In this document: piece after piece, positions 48,249 through 59,395 of the stretch
Numbering within the stretch: position 1 is the first letter of the stretch
Layout of the letters: each line of letters begins with the position of its first letter
Source of the DNA: Eremomyces bilateralis CBS 781.70
Lineage: Eukaryota
NCBI GenBank assembly: GCA_010015585.1
Contig: ML975155.1
DNA length: 64,000 bases
Reading direction: 5' to 3' (one strand)
Position numbers and translations under genes: made by a program
Notes under the pieces: model-generated
Seen by the model: only the letters and a program-made list of their open reading frames with translations
Databases searched by the model: none
What the model was told of the DNA's origin: nothing

Positions 48249-49130
48249 ATGGAAACCGTCCTCCATATTCAAGGAGATCCCTCCTCTCACCTAACTCCCC
48301 TATTCCTCGTCCACGCCGTCTCCGGTCTTGCCCTGCCCTACCTTCGTCTTGGGTCAGTGACTCGGGGAGAGGAGTTCCTTGACGCTGGTCGCCCCGTCTA
48401 CACCATCGGTTCTCCCATCTACAACACTAAGCAGTATCGCCTTCCCTCCAGCTTGGATGAGCTTGCTCGCCAGTATGTGGCCCTACTGAAGTACCAACAG
48501 CCCGAGGGCCCCTACCTCCTTGGCGGCTGGTCCATGGGCGGGATGGTAGCAATGAAGATGGCCGACGTACTCCTTTCCTACGGCGAGGAAGTCCTGAAAG
48601 TCATCATGTTGGATTCACCTAATCCGGAGGCCACCCCGGCATTCCGCAGTCACCGCGAGTTCGAGACCATGCTCGGGAACGCCTACGGTGCGGTTGCTCA
48701 GCGTCTGGGCGTCGATGCCACCATGGAGCCAGACTTCGACTCGTCTGAAGACGACGACGAAGATCTTTTCCTCCAAGGGGGCGAGCTTCTGTCAAGGCTG
48801 CACCATCACGTTTCAAACGGCCTGCGCATAATCGCCAATGTCAAGCTAGGGACCATGTTCACCTGCAAGCAAACTTACGACGCGGTCCTGATCAAGTGCA
48901 CCAAAGCTCCTGCACAGCTATCTACCACTGGAAGCACCCCGAACCTCAGCTACGAGCGCAAGCTTTTCCAGAAATTTTCCTTCCGCGAGAAGAACATGCT
49001 GTGGGACCCCCGCGTTTTCCGGAGCTTCAGGTCCATTCCGATCCACGCGGACCACGATGGCATTCTCGATGACATGGCGGCGCCAGAGTTGACCAGAATC
49101 TTGCAATCTGTGCTGGAACAAACCGGTTGA
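48249..49130 (+). CDS. Free-standing thioesterase (PKS/NRPS TE-domain type alpha/beta hydrolase)
   Basis: PLFLVHAVSG, QPEGPYLLGGWSMGG (GxSxG), MLDS and DHDG (Ser-Asp-His triad candidates). Confidence 0.88.
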   Translation: METVLHIQGDPSSHLTPLFLVHAVSGLALPYLRLGSVTRGEEFLDAGRPVYTIGSPIYNTKQYRLPSSLDELARQYVALLKYQQPEGPYLLGGWSMGGMVAMKMADVLLSYGEEVLKVIMLDSPNPEATPAFRSHREFETMLGNAYGAVAQRLGVDATMEPDFDSSEDDDEDLFLQGGELLSRLHHHVSNGLRIIANVKLGTMFTCKQTYDAVLIKCTKAPAQLSTTGSTPNLSYERKLFQKFSFREKNMLWDPRVFRSFRSIPIHADHDGILDDMAAPELTRILQSVLEQTG

Positions 49131-50282
49131 ATATCCAAGTCATACAAAGAGAATCAGTTACGCTCGTTTAATGATCATCATACACGCTAGAACATGAATG
49201 GGGCTGGTGTGGGGGACCCTCCGTTGCATCATATCTTGTTCTGGGTTTCATTCATTAGGGTGTTTGGCGTGGGATAATTGACAGGCGACATGCATCAAGG
49301 TGGCTAGCTGGGCATGACAGCGCATTGTAGTTTTAGACGGAATAGACAGGACATTCAAAGGCTCCATCCAATCTATGACAAACAGAATGAAGTGATGAAT
49401 TAAATAATACGACATGCAGAATCGGAACCTTACCATAGAACGGAGAGACACGATGTGCAGAGAGGCTGACAATTGCGCTCGCTACCAAAATCCGACCTGC
49501 TTCCAGCTCTGAGCTCACCTCCTCTGTCGCACGGAGACCAGAAACCTGTGGCGAAAAGGCACCGTTTCATCTTCCACCAAACAGCAAAAGATCTGTCGAG
49601 TCAGCCAATGTTTCAATCGCCGCCACCTCTGGTTGGGTGGTGGAGCCGGGGTGTGCGATGTAATCGACGCGAGGGGCAAGGGGGTTGGTTCCGCAGGGCT
49701 GAAGAACATGGTGGACTCCGAACAACAACACCACGCCACAGAGCCACGATTTCGGAGAGTATACCCCATCCTCTGATCCTCGGGGATGGGTTTGGTTGCT
49801 TGGACCTTCACTGCGACGCTCATGAAATCTGGACCTGGATTTCTAATGTGGAGTACATCGATCAACGGTCCGCTCTATTTTACCAGGCATTCTATGTTTG
49901 GATACCTTATTGGTATAGCAGGGACTGCTTTTGATGAAGTTCTAGTTCCGGAAGCCCTGGAGCCGCATCTCCATACCGTTAGTTTTTGCCTCTATGGAAC
50001 GCTCACATCATGCACATATGGATATCTGAGTCGGGCTCCGCGATCGCCATCCAACACCTCCGAAACTGGGCTCCACGATCCGTTCGTGTGCGCAACCACC
50101 TGGTCAACGTGATATTCGCTTCCTAGAGACTTGGAAGAATGTCAAGTTCTTAAAAACTGACTTCGCTGGCGTCGTTGTCAAATCATGTTGCCATTCGATA
50201 TCAGCTTTTCCTTCTAGACTTCGGTTCGAACATCATTAGGCAGGTCCTATTTTGTAGCGCTTGCGACACATTCTTTGCCAAT

Positions 50283-52195
50283 ATGACGCCTTCTAAGGGT
50301 CGCTTTTCTTTTCTCTTACCACTTACGTGCTTGATTGGCTCCGTGGCTGCGGCGCCACTGGAAGAGTTCGTGACCAGACAGAGTAACCTGCTGGCCTGTG
50401 TTCGCTCTGTTTTTGGAAACACTTCAGATGCTCGAATAGTCGGACCCACGGATCCTACCTTTACAGATGCGAGACTCGGCGAGAAGATCCAGTATGAATT
50501 AGAGAACGAACTCGACAGGAATGAGCGGAAGCTAACTTTTGGATAGATTCGATGAATTCCCCTCGTTGATTGTTTTCGCCGAAGATGTTTCCGAGGTCCC
50601 TGCTCTTGTCAATTGCGCTCAGAAATCAGGAATTCGTGCCGTTCCCCGGACCGGCGGTCACCAGTAAGTCTAGTCTTTCTTTTCTCTCGACAATGGGATC
50701 TGGATTATGCGGTGGTATTGATGCCTGAATACTAAACCCCAGGTTTGGGGGCTCAGAGTGAGGGGTCAATATAATACCTATTTCAGCCCACTACTTCCAT
50801 CTCGTATCAAGATAGCGAAACCTGACATTCGAACAGCTTTGAAGCCTACTCCACGTTGACAGATACAATGACTATTGACATCAGTCACATTAACTACGTA
50901 CAAGTTTCCGAAGATCGAAACACTGCCGTTGTCGGAGCCGGAATTCGACTCGGTGCGCTTTATAACGTCCTCTGGAAACACGAAAGGTCGTTCAATGGCG
51001 GCATTTGTCCAACAGTCGGTCTATCCGGCTTCTTGTCTAGTGGAGGATTCAGCAATCAAATGCGCGACATGGGACTCGGGATCGACTACATTCAATCCGC
51101 CAAGGTTGTCCTTGCAAATGGCCAGCTTGTCACCGCTTCAGCTTCCGAAAACCCGGACCTGTTCTGGGCAGTCAAGGGCGGCGGTGGCGGTACGTATGGA
51201 ATTGTTGTGGAGTACGTCCTGGAGGTCCTGGAGTATCCGCGATCTAGCATGGTTCTGATCAACTGGAACGAGACCGATACCAATACGGTTCGCTATGATG
51301 TTGCGAAGCGATTCCTGGATTGGGCACCAAGGCAAGATCGCCGATTCACTTCCCAGGTCAACGTCTATGGCACAACTGTCCAGGTCGTTGGGCAGTTCCT
51401 CAATGCCACTGGCGAGGAACTGACCGCGCTGATCAATGATTCGGGACTCCTCACCATCGGGAAACCAGAGCCGATTATTGACGGTGGCTGCAATCAACTC
51501 AATTCCCGTCTCTTCGGATATACCACGTTCGACTGCCAAGCTGATAACGAGGTCGACCCTCTCATTACCAACGTGGTTCCTCAAGCCTTCGAACCAGTCG
51601 GCAACTACCCTCGGTTCGGGTATAATGATGTTCCAGCGGACCCTGCTGCTCCAGTGGCTCCAGCCTGGCCACGCTTCTGGCGTATTGCCAAGTCATTCAT
51701 CGTCCAAAAGGACAACCTCCTTCCAGATGACGCACTGAGGAATGTCATTGACCGGATTGCTCAGCTCCCGCCGGAAGCTAGCGCTTGGGGAGAGTGGCAT
51801 GCGTGGAACTTGTCCTCCACGGCAGATGGAAGCGATGCCTTCGCCTGGAGAGATCAAGCATATGCCCATCTCGAGTTCCAGATCCGTGGCTCCGACGATA
51901 TGGACGTACAGAACGGATATCATGACTGGATGGCTGATTTGGAAGGCTACCTCCGGCCTATAGTTGGGTAAGGCTGAGCACCCGAATTTGTAACAGATCC
52001 AAGACTAATGTCCCTCGCAGTCCGGCTTCATACACTGGCTACGCCGACTCCAAGATCTCAGTGAATCCATTGGAATCCTACTTCGGCAACAACGTTTGCA
52101 AGCTCATTAATGTCAAGAACCAATATGATCCAGGCAACTTCTTCCAAAATCCGGCTAGCATTCCAGTGCGTGCGGAGAATGGGTTGACGTGCTAG
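50283..52195 (+). CDS. Secreted FAD-linked oxidase, berberine-bridge-enzyme-like
   Basis: Signal peptide, RTGGH (His for covalent FAD), GGICPTVG (Cys for bicovalent FAD), NPDLFWAVKGGGGGTYGIV and C-terminal YFGNN..KL..VK..YDP.NFF. Introns at 50492-50546, 50664-50836 and 51968-52020. Confidence 0.9.
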
Positions 52196-53489
52196 ATGTC
52201 TCGGGAAGCATTGCATGGCGTTGGTTAGTGGTTGAGTTGGCATAGACGCATATTTCCTTGCATATTTCCTGTACCGATGTACATTACGTTTTTTGTATAT
52301 TCAAAACCATCCAATCACAGTAGGATTCTACTAGTGTCACGAATATCCACTGCACGAATAAATTCCGCAACACTGCAGTGCATTCAAGATTTCCTCCGTG
52401 TTGCAAAGGGAGGCTCGGCGGCAGCTATCGGACAGCAGCTTCGACTAACAGAGCATCATCGGCAGGGTTCCCAGATGACGTAGGCGATGCAGGTGCCATG
52501 TAGAAAAGAAGGAGAGGTGAATGTTCGATAGGAATCTGGATGATTGCGGCTACCAAGGCAGGATACCGGCTGGATGGAATTCGGAAAGTTGTGGCATCGT
52601 GGCAAGAACTCAAGACAGAGTTTCACAGATGCAGGTACCGGATGAACGTTTCAGAATATTCTGAAACGATGTGGCTGAGGGAGATCACAGTTCTCGGAGT
52701 CCGAGTCTCATCGGGCCTTTTCGTTGTTGTTATTATTGAGGCCGTGAAGGAGCGAAGTCAAGATTGAGGCTCGAATCGCGGTGGTCAATGCGCAGTGGGG
52801 AAATCTGGATTCTGGTGGCTGGTGCATAACTGGCATGGGTGGCACAGATAATGTTAATTTGCACCTTCTATTTATGAAATCCGACCAGACGTGCCAGAGT
52901 CTAAATGCACGTGATATCGGCTCTCAGCTCAATCCGTCCAACTTCTTTCCTGGTCTTGTTGATCTCTTCACGTTCAGTTCCCAGAGTCCCGAATGCCCCG
53001 AGGATTGGCGCAAACTCGCATTAAGCTTCAATGCTCCATCTCCGACCTATCGCAGACATGGCTACGTGTCCGTATTCCCCCAAATTGACTTATCGCAATT
53101 TGCAAGGACCCAAGGGCCCAAGGGCCAAGCACCACGACGTGTCAGCCTTGCCCCCATCAAACTACATCCGAACCACTCCAACAAACGAACCCTCTGCCGT
53201 TGAATGCTACCCTAGCTCGTATTTCCTCACTCGCCCCGGTCCCAGAATCATTACAATGTCACAAAATGGTTACAAGAGTCCAAGTCAACTTCGTACACAG
53301 ACACCTAAGTCGGGCGATTAGATTGTCGATGCTAACCCTAAGCGAACCACCTGGCCAATACTACCAACGCCTGTCGTTACAATGTCCGTCCACGATGTGG
53401 TATCCGCCCATGCACCGGTCTATCCATACCCAACGCCGATATATTGCAACATAGTACAACGGAGAATTTAATATCGTCAAAGTCATTGC

Positions 53490-54727
53490 TCAGAATAGCT
53501 CCTGCATCGAGCTACTTAGTCTGTCGGTAGACTCTTTCAAGGACGCTTTGAACTCTCCGCGGACAAATGTTGTCAGTGCGCCGGAGATGTGGCTGCCGTG
53601 CATCCGTTGGCGGGAGTAGACGTCAACAAAACGATCCACAAGGCTACCCATGCGCTTTAATTGGCGTAGGATGAGTTGCATCTTGATGCTCTCCTCATCC
53701 TCTTCGTCGAGGCGATAGGATCCTAGTGTAAAGGCGGCATCCATGTCTCCCTGGTTAAAGAGCGACTCTTGAGATGACCCGGATACGGAAGAGGAAGAAG
53801 AACACGAGGAGCTCCGTTGAGCTGTAACGGTGCGATAGGTTCGCAGAACCTTGGATATTATTAATGACAGGAGGAGAGCCAGCTCCGGGTCTGCCGAGCA
53901 TTCGCAGTCCACCAACTGAGATATGGCATCGATGGCTTTGCGATTGCGGTCCAGAATCCGATCCGCGCTCAGCGTAGATTGGGCCAACTCCGCAACACCA
54001 TAGAGGTTTTGCAGAGCAGTGATGCCGAGGTTCATGCAATCATGGTCCTTCGAGCATCGTTCGGGCAACTCTGTTGTCGGAATGACGTCGGGGAATGGCT
54101 TGAAGCCGTCGTCGAAGCTCTCATCAGAGAGAGGTGGTGTTGGGAAGTCGTCCATGGGACCCATTCCAGAATGGACCGACGCGGCAGAACCATCGAAATC
54201 GAGGTACATATCCATGAGATACCGATCAGGAATTGCCATGGGCGGTGGTGGAAACATGCCCATTGAAGTCTGCGGGGAGAGGTGCAGATCTTCTGGCGGG
54301 AAGAACAGCGGCTGTTGAGGGTTCATTGTGTGATCACCAAAACCGCTCACGTGCATCAACTCTGAGGGGCCGTTAGCTCTGCCCTCGCTATATATTTCTG
54401 TTTTTCTATGGGGGGTGGCTTACCAGGTGTGCAACTGCCGTAACTGCTGTCTTGGCGAACGAAGCCGTCTGTGAGGCCCTGCTGTTGCAGGGCGGCCTTT
54501 CTTTTGGATGCTGGCGGCTTTCCTATCCTCCGAGAAGGGCTGTAGTTGCACGGAAGCTTGAGGCTGGAGCAACGAAGGCAACTAGGCCTCTCCTTTCCGC
54601 ACTTGACCTTTCGTTTGGAGCAAAGGTCGCAGGAGTCCTTGACCTTTCGGCGAGGTGGTTTGCCGTTGGCCCGAATGGGCTTGTCAATGGGAATTGATTG
54701 GCCTTCTGATGATGTTGGAGCAGACAT
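53490..54727 (-). CDS. AflR-like Zn(II)2Cys6 pathway-specific transcription factor
   Basis: KVKDSCDLCSKRKVKCGKERPSCLRC...PC.YSPSRR.G, and an AflR-type C-terminal region (NRKAI..I..LVDCECS...ALLL.LII.KVL..Y; LGSYRLD). Intron at 54362-54423. Confidence 0.88.
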
Positions 54728-56972
54728 TATGGAAGAAATCTAGCCTAGAGGATATGCACGAGAGACTGGCTGCTCAATCCCACTTATAGGTGCGCTGGTG
54801 AAAGGCAGTGGACAAGTCGCATTTTCTATCTCCCAGGTTCGTATCACTCTAAGGTGGTACCGTCTTCGGCCAGGTTGTCTTCCGTGACAATTCCTGGAAT
54901 TCACGGATGGCACGAGGAAGCAAAGCGGACGGATATGGAAATTCTCGTGTCGAGCCTGCGGACCTGGCTCGTGCTGATTTGCTGGAGGTGGAGGGTGGAG
55001 AGGGAGTGTATCCACCGGGTTGGTTAGGAAGCACAACCGCATTTCAACGGATCCGTCATGGATGGGCCCATCTGATCGTTGGTCAAGCTACAGGGTATGG
55101 GGCAGGACATGGCGACATACTGCAGGACACACTGTCTAGAGTCGTCAATGATTGCAGGGACCGCTAAAACGGTCCATCGTGGGGGGCAGTGCGAATCGGA
55201 CAGCCACTTCTACTCCATTCGAGGTCTGGTCCATAGTGAGGGGTATGGCCTGGCCGGTCCGATGTTGGTGTTGGACCCGTCGGTGAAATGGTGGGGCGCC
55301 TGATGCTACAGTCCTGGGAATATGATTTCCCAAAGGTACAGCATGCTATTCCCTACAGCATGCTAGCCTCGCTACCAAATTCCATAGCGGCTGATAGCAA
55401 TGTGCGACGCGAGCAAATCAGCATCTCTCACCGCGTTAGAGACTACTGCAATATTGCGGATGGCTTATGCTATGGACGGATAGATCGATGGTGGCACTCT
55501 TATTAGCACGCCAAGTGCAAGGCTCTCTGGGCGCCCGTTGGCTTTGGTGGGAAGCAACATCATTCGCTTAATCGCTTGACATCAATGGCTTGGCGATCAT
55601 GCCAGGATTAGGGTCCTGACGATGTTGATCCTCCAGCCCTCTTGCACTCGAACCGAGCCTCTATCGAGAAACAATTGCCAGCATTACCATTTGGTCTTTC
55701 TCCACTGAGAATCTTGCCGACATGATGTGCTTCTATAAGCATATCTTCGGTTATTTGGTTCATGCTTCCCAAGCCCTAGCCGGCGCAGAGACGAGTCCCG
55801 GACACACCCCAGGCTTCCGAACCTCTCCCTCTAGTCCATTGTTTACCAGAATTTCGGTGAATGAAACCGAAAATCCGTTTTCCTCCCCCGGAATCGAAAA
55901 AACTCTGAAACCTTAGCTTTTAGAAAACTCTGAAGCCACTCCGTCTGTGGGAGGCAAATGCACCAGCCTTACGCGCACGACGCCGACAAAACACCTATTC
56001 TGGTCCGGATCAGCCCTACGCAACTGAAGGTGCAGCGTCATACCCCGTGGGGACTTTGACCACGATACTCTCGGTATCGAAGCATTGTGAGGGTCGGTAG
56101 AAGATTCCATTGCATGAGACATTATGTGGTTGGACCACGGATCTCTCAGCTATTCCAGTCCCACCAGTCAGCTCCGAGTAATTCTCGGAGACATGAGACG
56201 ACATCTCATCGTATCGATGGCTTGCTGACTTTTGCTTCTTTACAGCCAGCTGCAAAGGATCGGTCGGTTGGATGCTCGACTAGTTGGACGAGTTGACTAC
56301 TGCGAGTTCTCTATCTGACAATTTTCGTCCTCGTTGTACCGTTAGAGACTTCATTAAAGAACCCCTTACCTAACTTTCTGGTGGGTTTGCAGACCGTCGG
56401 AGCAGAACCTTAATGGGAATGATCGTCTTTCCAAATTTACACCGGCGACTAAGCCCTCGACCCCAGAGCCCTGCCTAGACTCCATACAATACGGCGATTT
56501 CTGGGGAAGGCGCGTGGTCGGCCCGACCGTCTTTGATTCAGTGCTGTTACGGTAAATACGACACTTCGCGTTAGATCGTGATGATATCTATTTTCAGAGT
56601 GGCATCCTTGTAACGTTCCACCAAACCGAAAGGGCCATTGAACGTCTTCCTTTGTGTTGTACCAAGACGTGACTGGCAGACCGCCTCGAATCTCTCTACG
56701 ACGAGCGCAATAGCGGAGGGTGGGCAGTCATCTTCGCAGTTCATACGGCACGAGGACACATTGGACAGGATTGCGGTGTGACAGAACTCCTTTGTACGCC
56801 TCTTGCACTATCGCTCGGTTAACCCAAATACATCGAAGGTCCACCACTAAAAGGCACCTATATACCAAAACAACAAAGATTGGAGATTACTAAGTACAGT
56901 ACTTCCGCTATCTCGCGTTCTGCGACACCGTCCATCCCAGGATCACAATCCTTTATTGGATGACAATAGAAA

Positions 56973-58346
56973 TTACCACAACTCAGCCAATACGGACTCA
57001 GCATTATATCCATAAATCCATTGAGAATTCATGGTCGGCCCCATCCACTTCAACAGCGCCCAGATCACCCATTCCTTGATGGACTGTTGGATAACCGATT
57101 TGCTGGTCTTCCGAAGGTTTCCATTCTTCGTATTGAAGTCTTGGATCTTCTGGAGACGTGTGATTCGGTGCTGCTCCCAGCTCCGAACCGTCTGGTCACG
57201 AAGTTCCTGGTCGAAACTCGAATCATAAAGACGGGAGAAGAGGTATCCAAGTGTCTCCGCATCCTCGAGCGAGGTTGCGCCACCTTGACCGCCCTGTATG
57301 CTCGATTAGCAACTGTTCCGGTTCGCGGTCAGAGCCTGTATGACGGAAACATACCGATGGCGGCATTGCGTGGGCAGCATCACCAATTACGATGACGCGC
57401 TTCAATGGAGAAGTCCAGTTGGTTCCAGGGGAAACTTGGTAAAACCTGTGTGACTTAGTATTAGTGGCGGTGTGAGACCCGGAACATTGAACACTTACGG
57501 CCAGTTGGTCAGAGATTCCGGAGCGGCACGCTCGCACAGCGCCTTCACGATTGGGGGCCATCGTGAACTGCTCGTCAAAAACCGCTCTTTCACCATCTTG
57601 GAAAGAGTGGCCTTGTCCGCATCGAACGCAACCCATTCTTCCTTGGACTTTTCCTCCGTCTCAAATGTGGCGAAGTAGCTGATGCTCTTACCGGCGCTCG
57701 ATGCAGGCATGATTGCGAAGGAGCCGGTGGCACCGAACAGGAAACACGGCAGATGCAGCCCTTGCAGGTCCACATCGGCGAGGTCGCTCATCTCGAACGT
57801 ACCGGAGATTCCGGTCAGGCCCTGAAACTCGGGCTTCGCGTGTGGCCGGACGAAGGGGCGGACCTTGGAGTGGATGCCGTCGCAACCAACAACGTAGTCC
57901 GCCGTAACGGTTTCTCCGTCCTCGAACTCGATGGTTGCGCTGGAGTCGTCCTCGCTCGTAACGCCGACGCATTTCTTCTCATAGTAGATCTCAACCCCGA
58001 CGCGGCGGCACTGTTTTATCAGTGCGTCGCGCAGCTCCGAGCGCTGGATTCGCAGAGCAGGGAAGTTATAGATCTTGTAACTGCCGTTGTAAACCCGGGC
58101 AAGCTCGACGCCTTGGCCGTTGGTGAAGGCCACGGTCTCAAACGCATAGCCAATGTTGCGAACTTGGTCATAGACACCGGCGTGGTCGAGTACTCGAAGA
58201 GCATTAGGAGAGAGGGCGATATTGCCGCCTGCGGCAAAGTCTTTTGCTTCCCGATCGTAGATCACGCAACTGATCCCATGCTTCTGAAGACTGAGCGCAA
58301 GCGTGGCACCAGCCAAGCCTCCACCACAGATTGCGACTTGGACCAT
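56973..58346 (-). CDS. FAD-dependent monooxygenase (group A flavoprotein hydroxylase)
   Basis: VAICGGGLAG, VGCDGIHS and IGDAAHAMPPS|GGQGG...LED. Introns at 57446-57498 and 57294-57354. Confidence 0.9.
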
Positions 58347-58494
58347 TTTCGCGCAAATGGATAATTATTCAGTAAGTGTTGAAAGAAGGAAATGCAAGTG
58401 AAATTGGAAGGAAATGCGCTATTGCGGCCAAATTGGTGAGTATCGCGATATGTTTATGCCATGGTCGAAGTGATATATACAATCATGTCCCGTT

Positions 58495-58505
58495 TCGACG
58501 ACCGA
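58495..58505. promoter_or_regulatory. Candidate AflR-type site TCG-N5-CGA in the divergent FMO/PKS promoter
   Basis: TCGACGACCGA about 150 bp upstream of the FMO ATG. A single 6-bp-specified match could be chance. Confidence 0.35.
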
Positions 58506-59395
58506 TTCGGACAGCACGGTCTCCGCTCGTGAACGGCCATCATGTTTCATCTTTCAGCAATCGCTTCGAATGATGCAAGACATGATTTTGGACGGAATCA
58601 CAATTGCAGCCCTCTGCGGTACTGCCGTGATGTGGCGGCTGTGTACTGACCCTGGTCCGCATGTCGATCACTCCACGGGCTCCGAAGTAAATTTTCCACC
58701 TTGAGTATGAATGGAACTTGACTAGCTCAGCCTTACAGATAACAACCCAACGGGTAATAATCTGGAGAACCAACACCGATCCACATGGGAATACCCGCTC
58801 TTGTTGTAACCAGGTCCGCTGAGAGTCTGTCATTGGGTGCGATATCCGCACCTTGTCCCGTCTTGTTCTCATCGCTACTCATGTCCTGTGTTTTAGAAGT
58901 CAAATCATTTCATTGTCTAGTAAAGTCTTGCCTTATTGTCCTCCAATATGCATTCAATGTCTCATAGTATACAGTCGGATTGGCAGCATTGTCTTTGGAG
59001 GTTACGGAGTTCGATTCTATCAGAACGGCGCCCATATGTGCACATAATTGAAGTCGGTTCTGCCGTCCGCAAATCTGCGGAACCGGGATCCCGAACCGAC
59101 GAACTACTCCATTTGTTGTCCTGCCCGATACTGGGGTTCAGGATTATGGTCCTGTGGGGGTAATTAATTCAGTGGAGTCTGGCCATGCGACTTGAGAGTT
59201 ATTCTTATCTGGTGCTGGACTTGCTTGACCCTATACATACACGCCACTGCTCCCATCCATTTCCTTCCAAGATATTCCACATTGAACTGATTTCTTATTC
59301 CCTATTATCTATTCCCCATCTCTCAACGCAGGCCGACATCAACTTGTTAATGGTTTGACACCGTAATACTGTCGTTTAGATCAACTTGTTCAACC

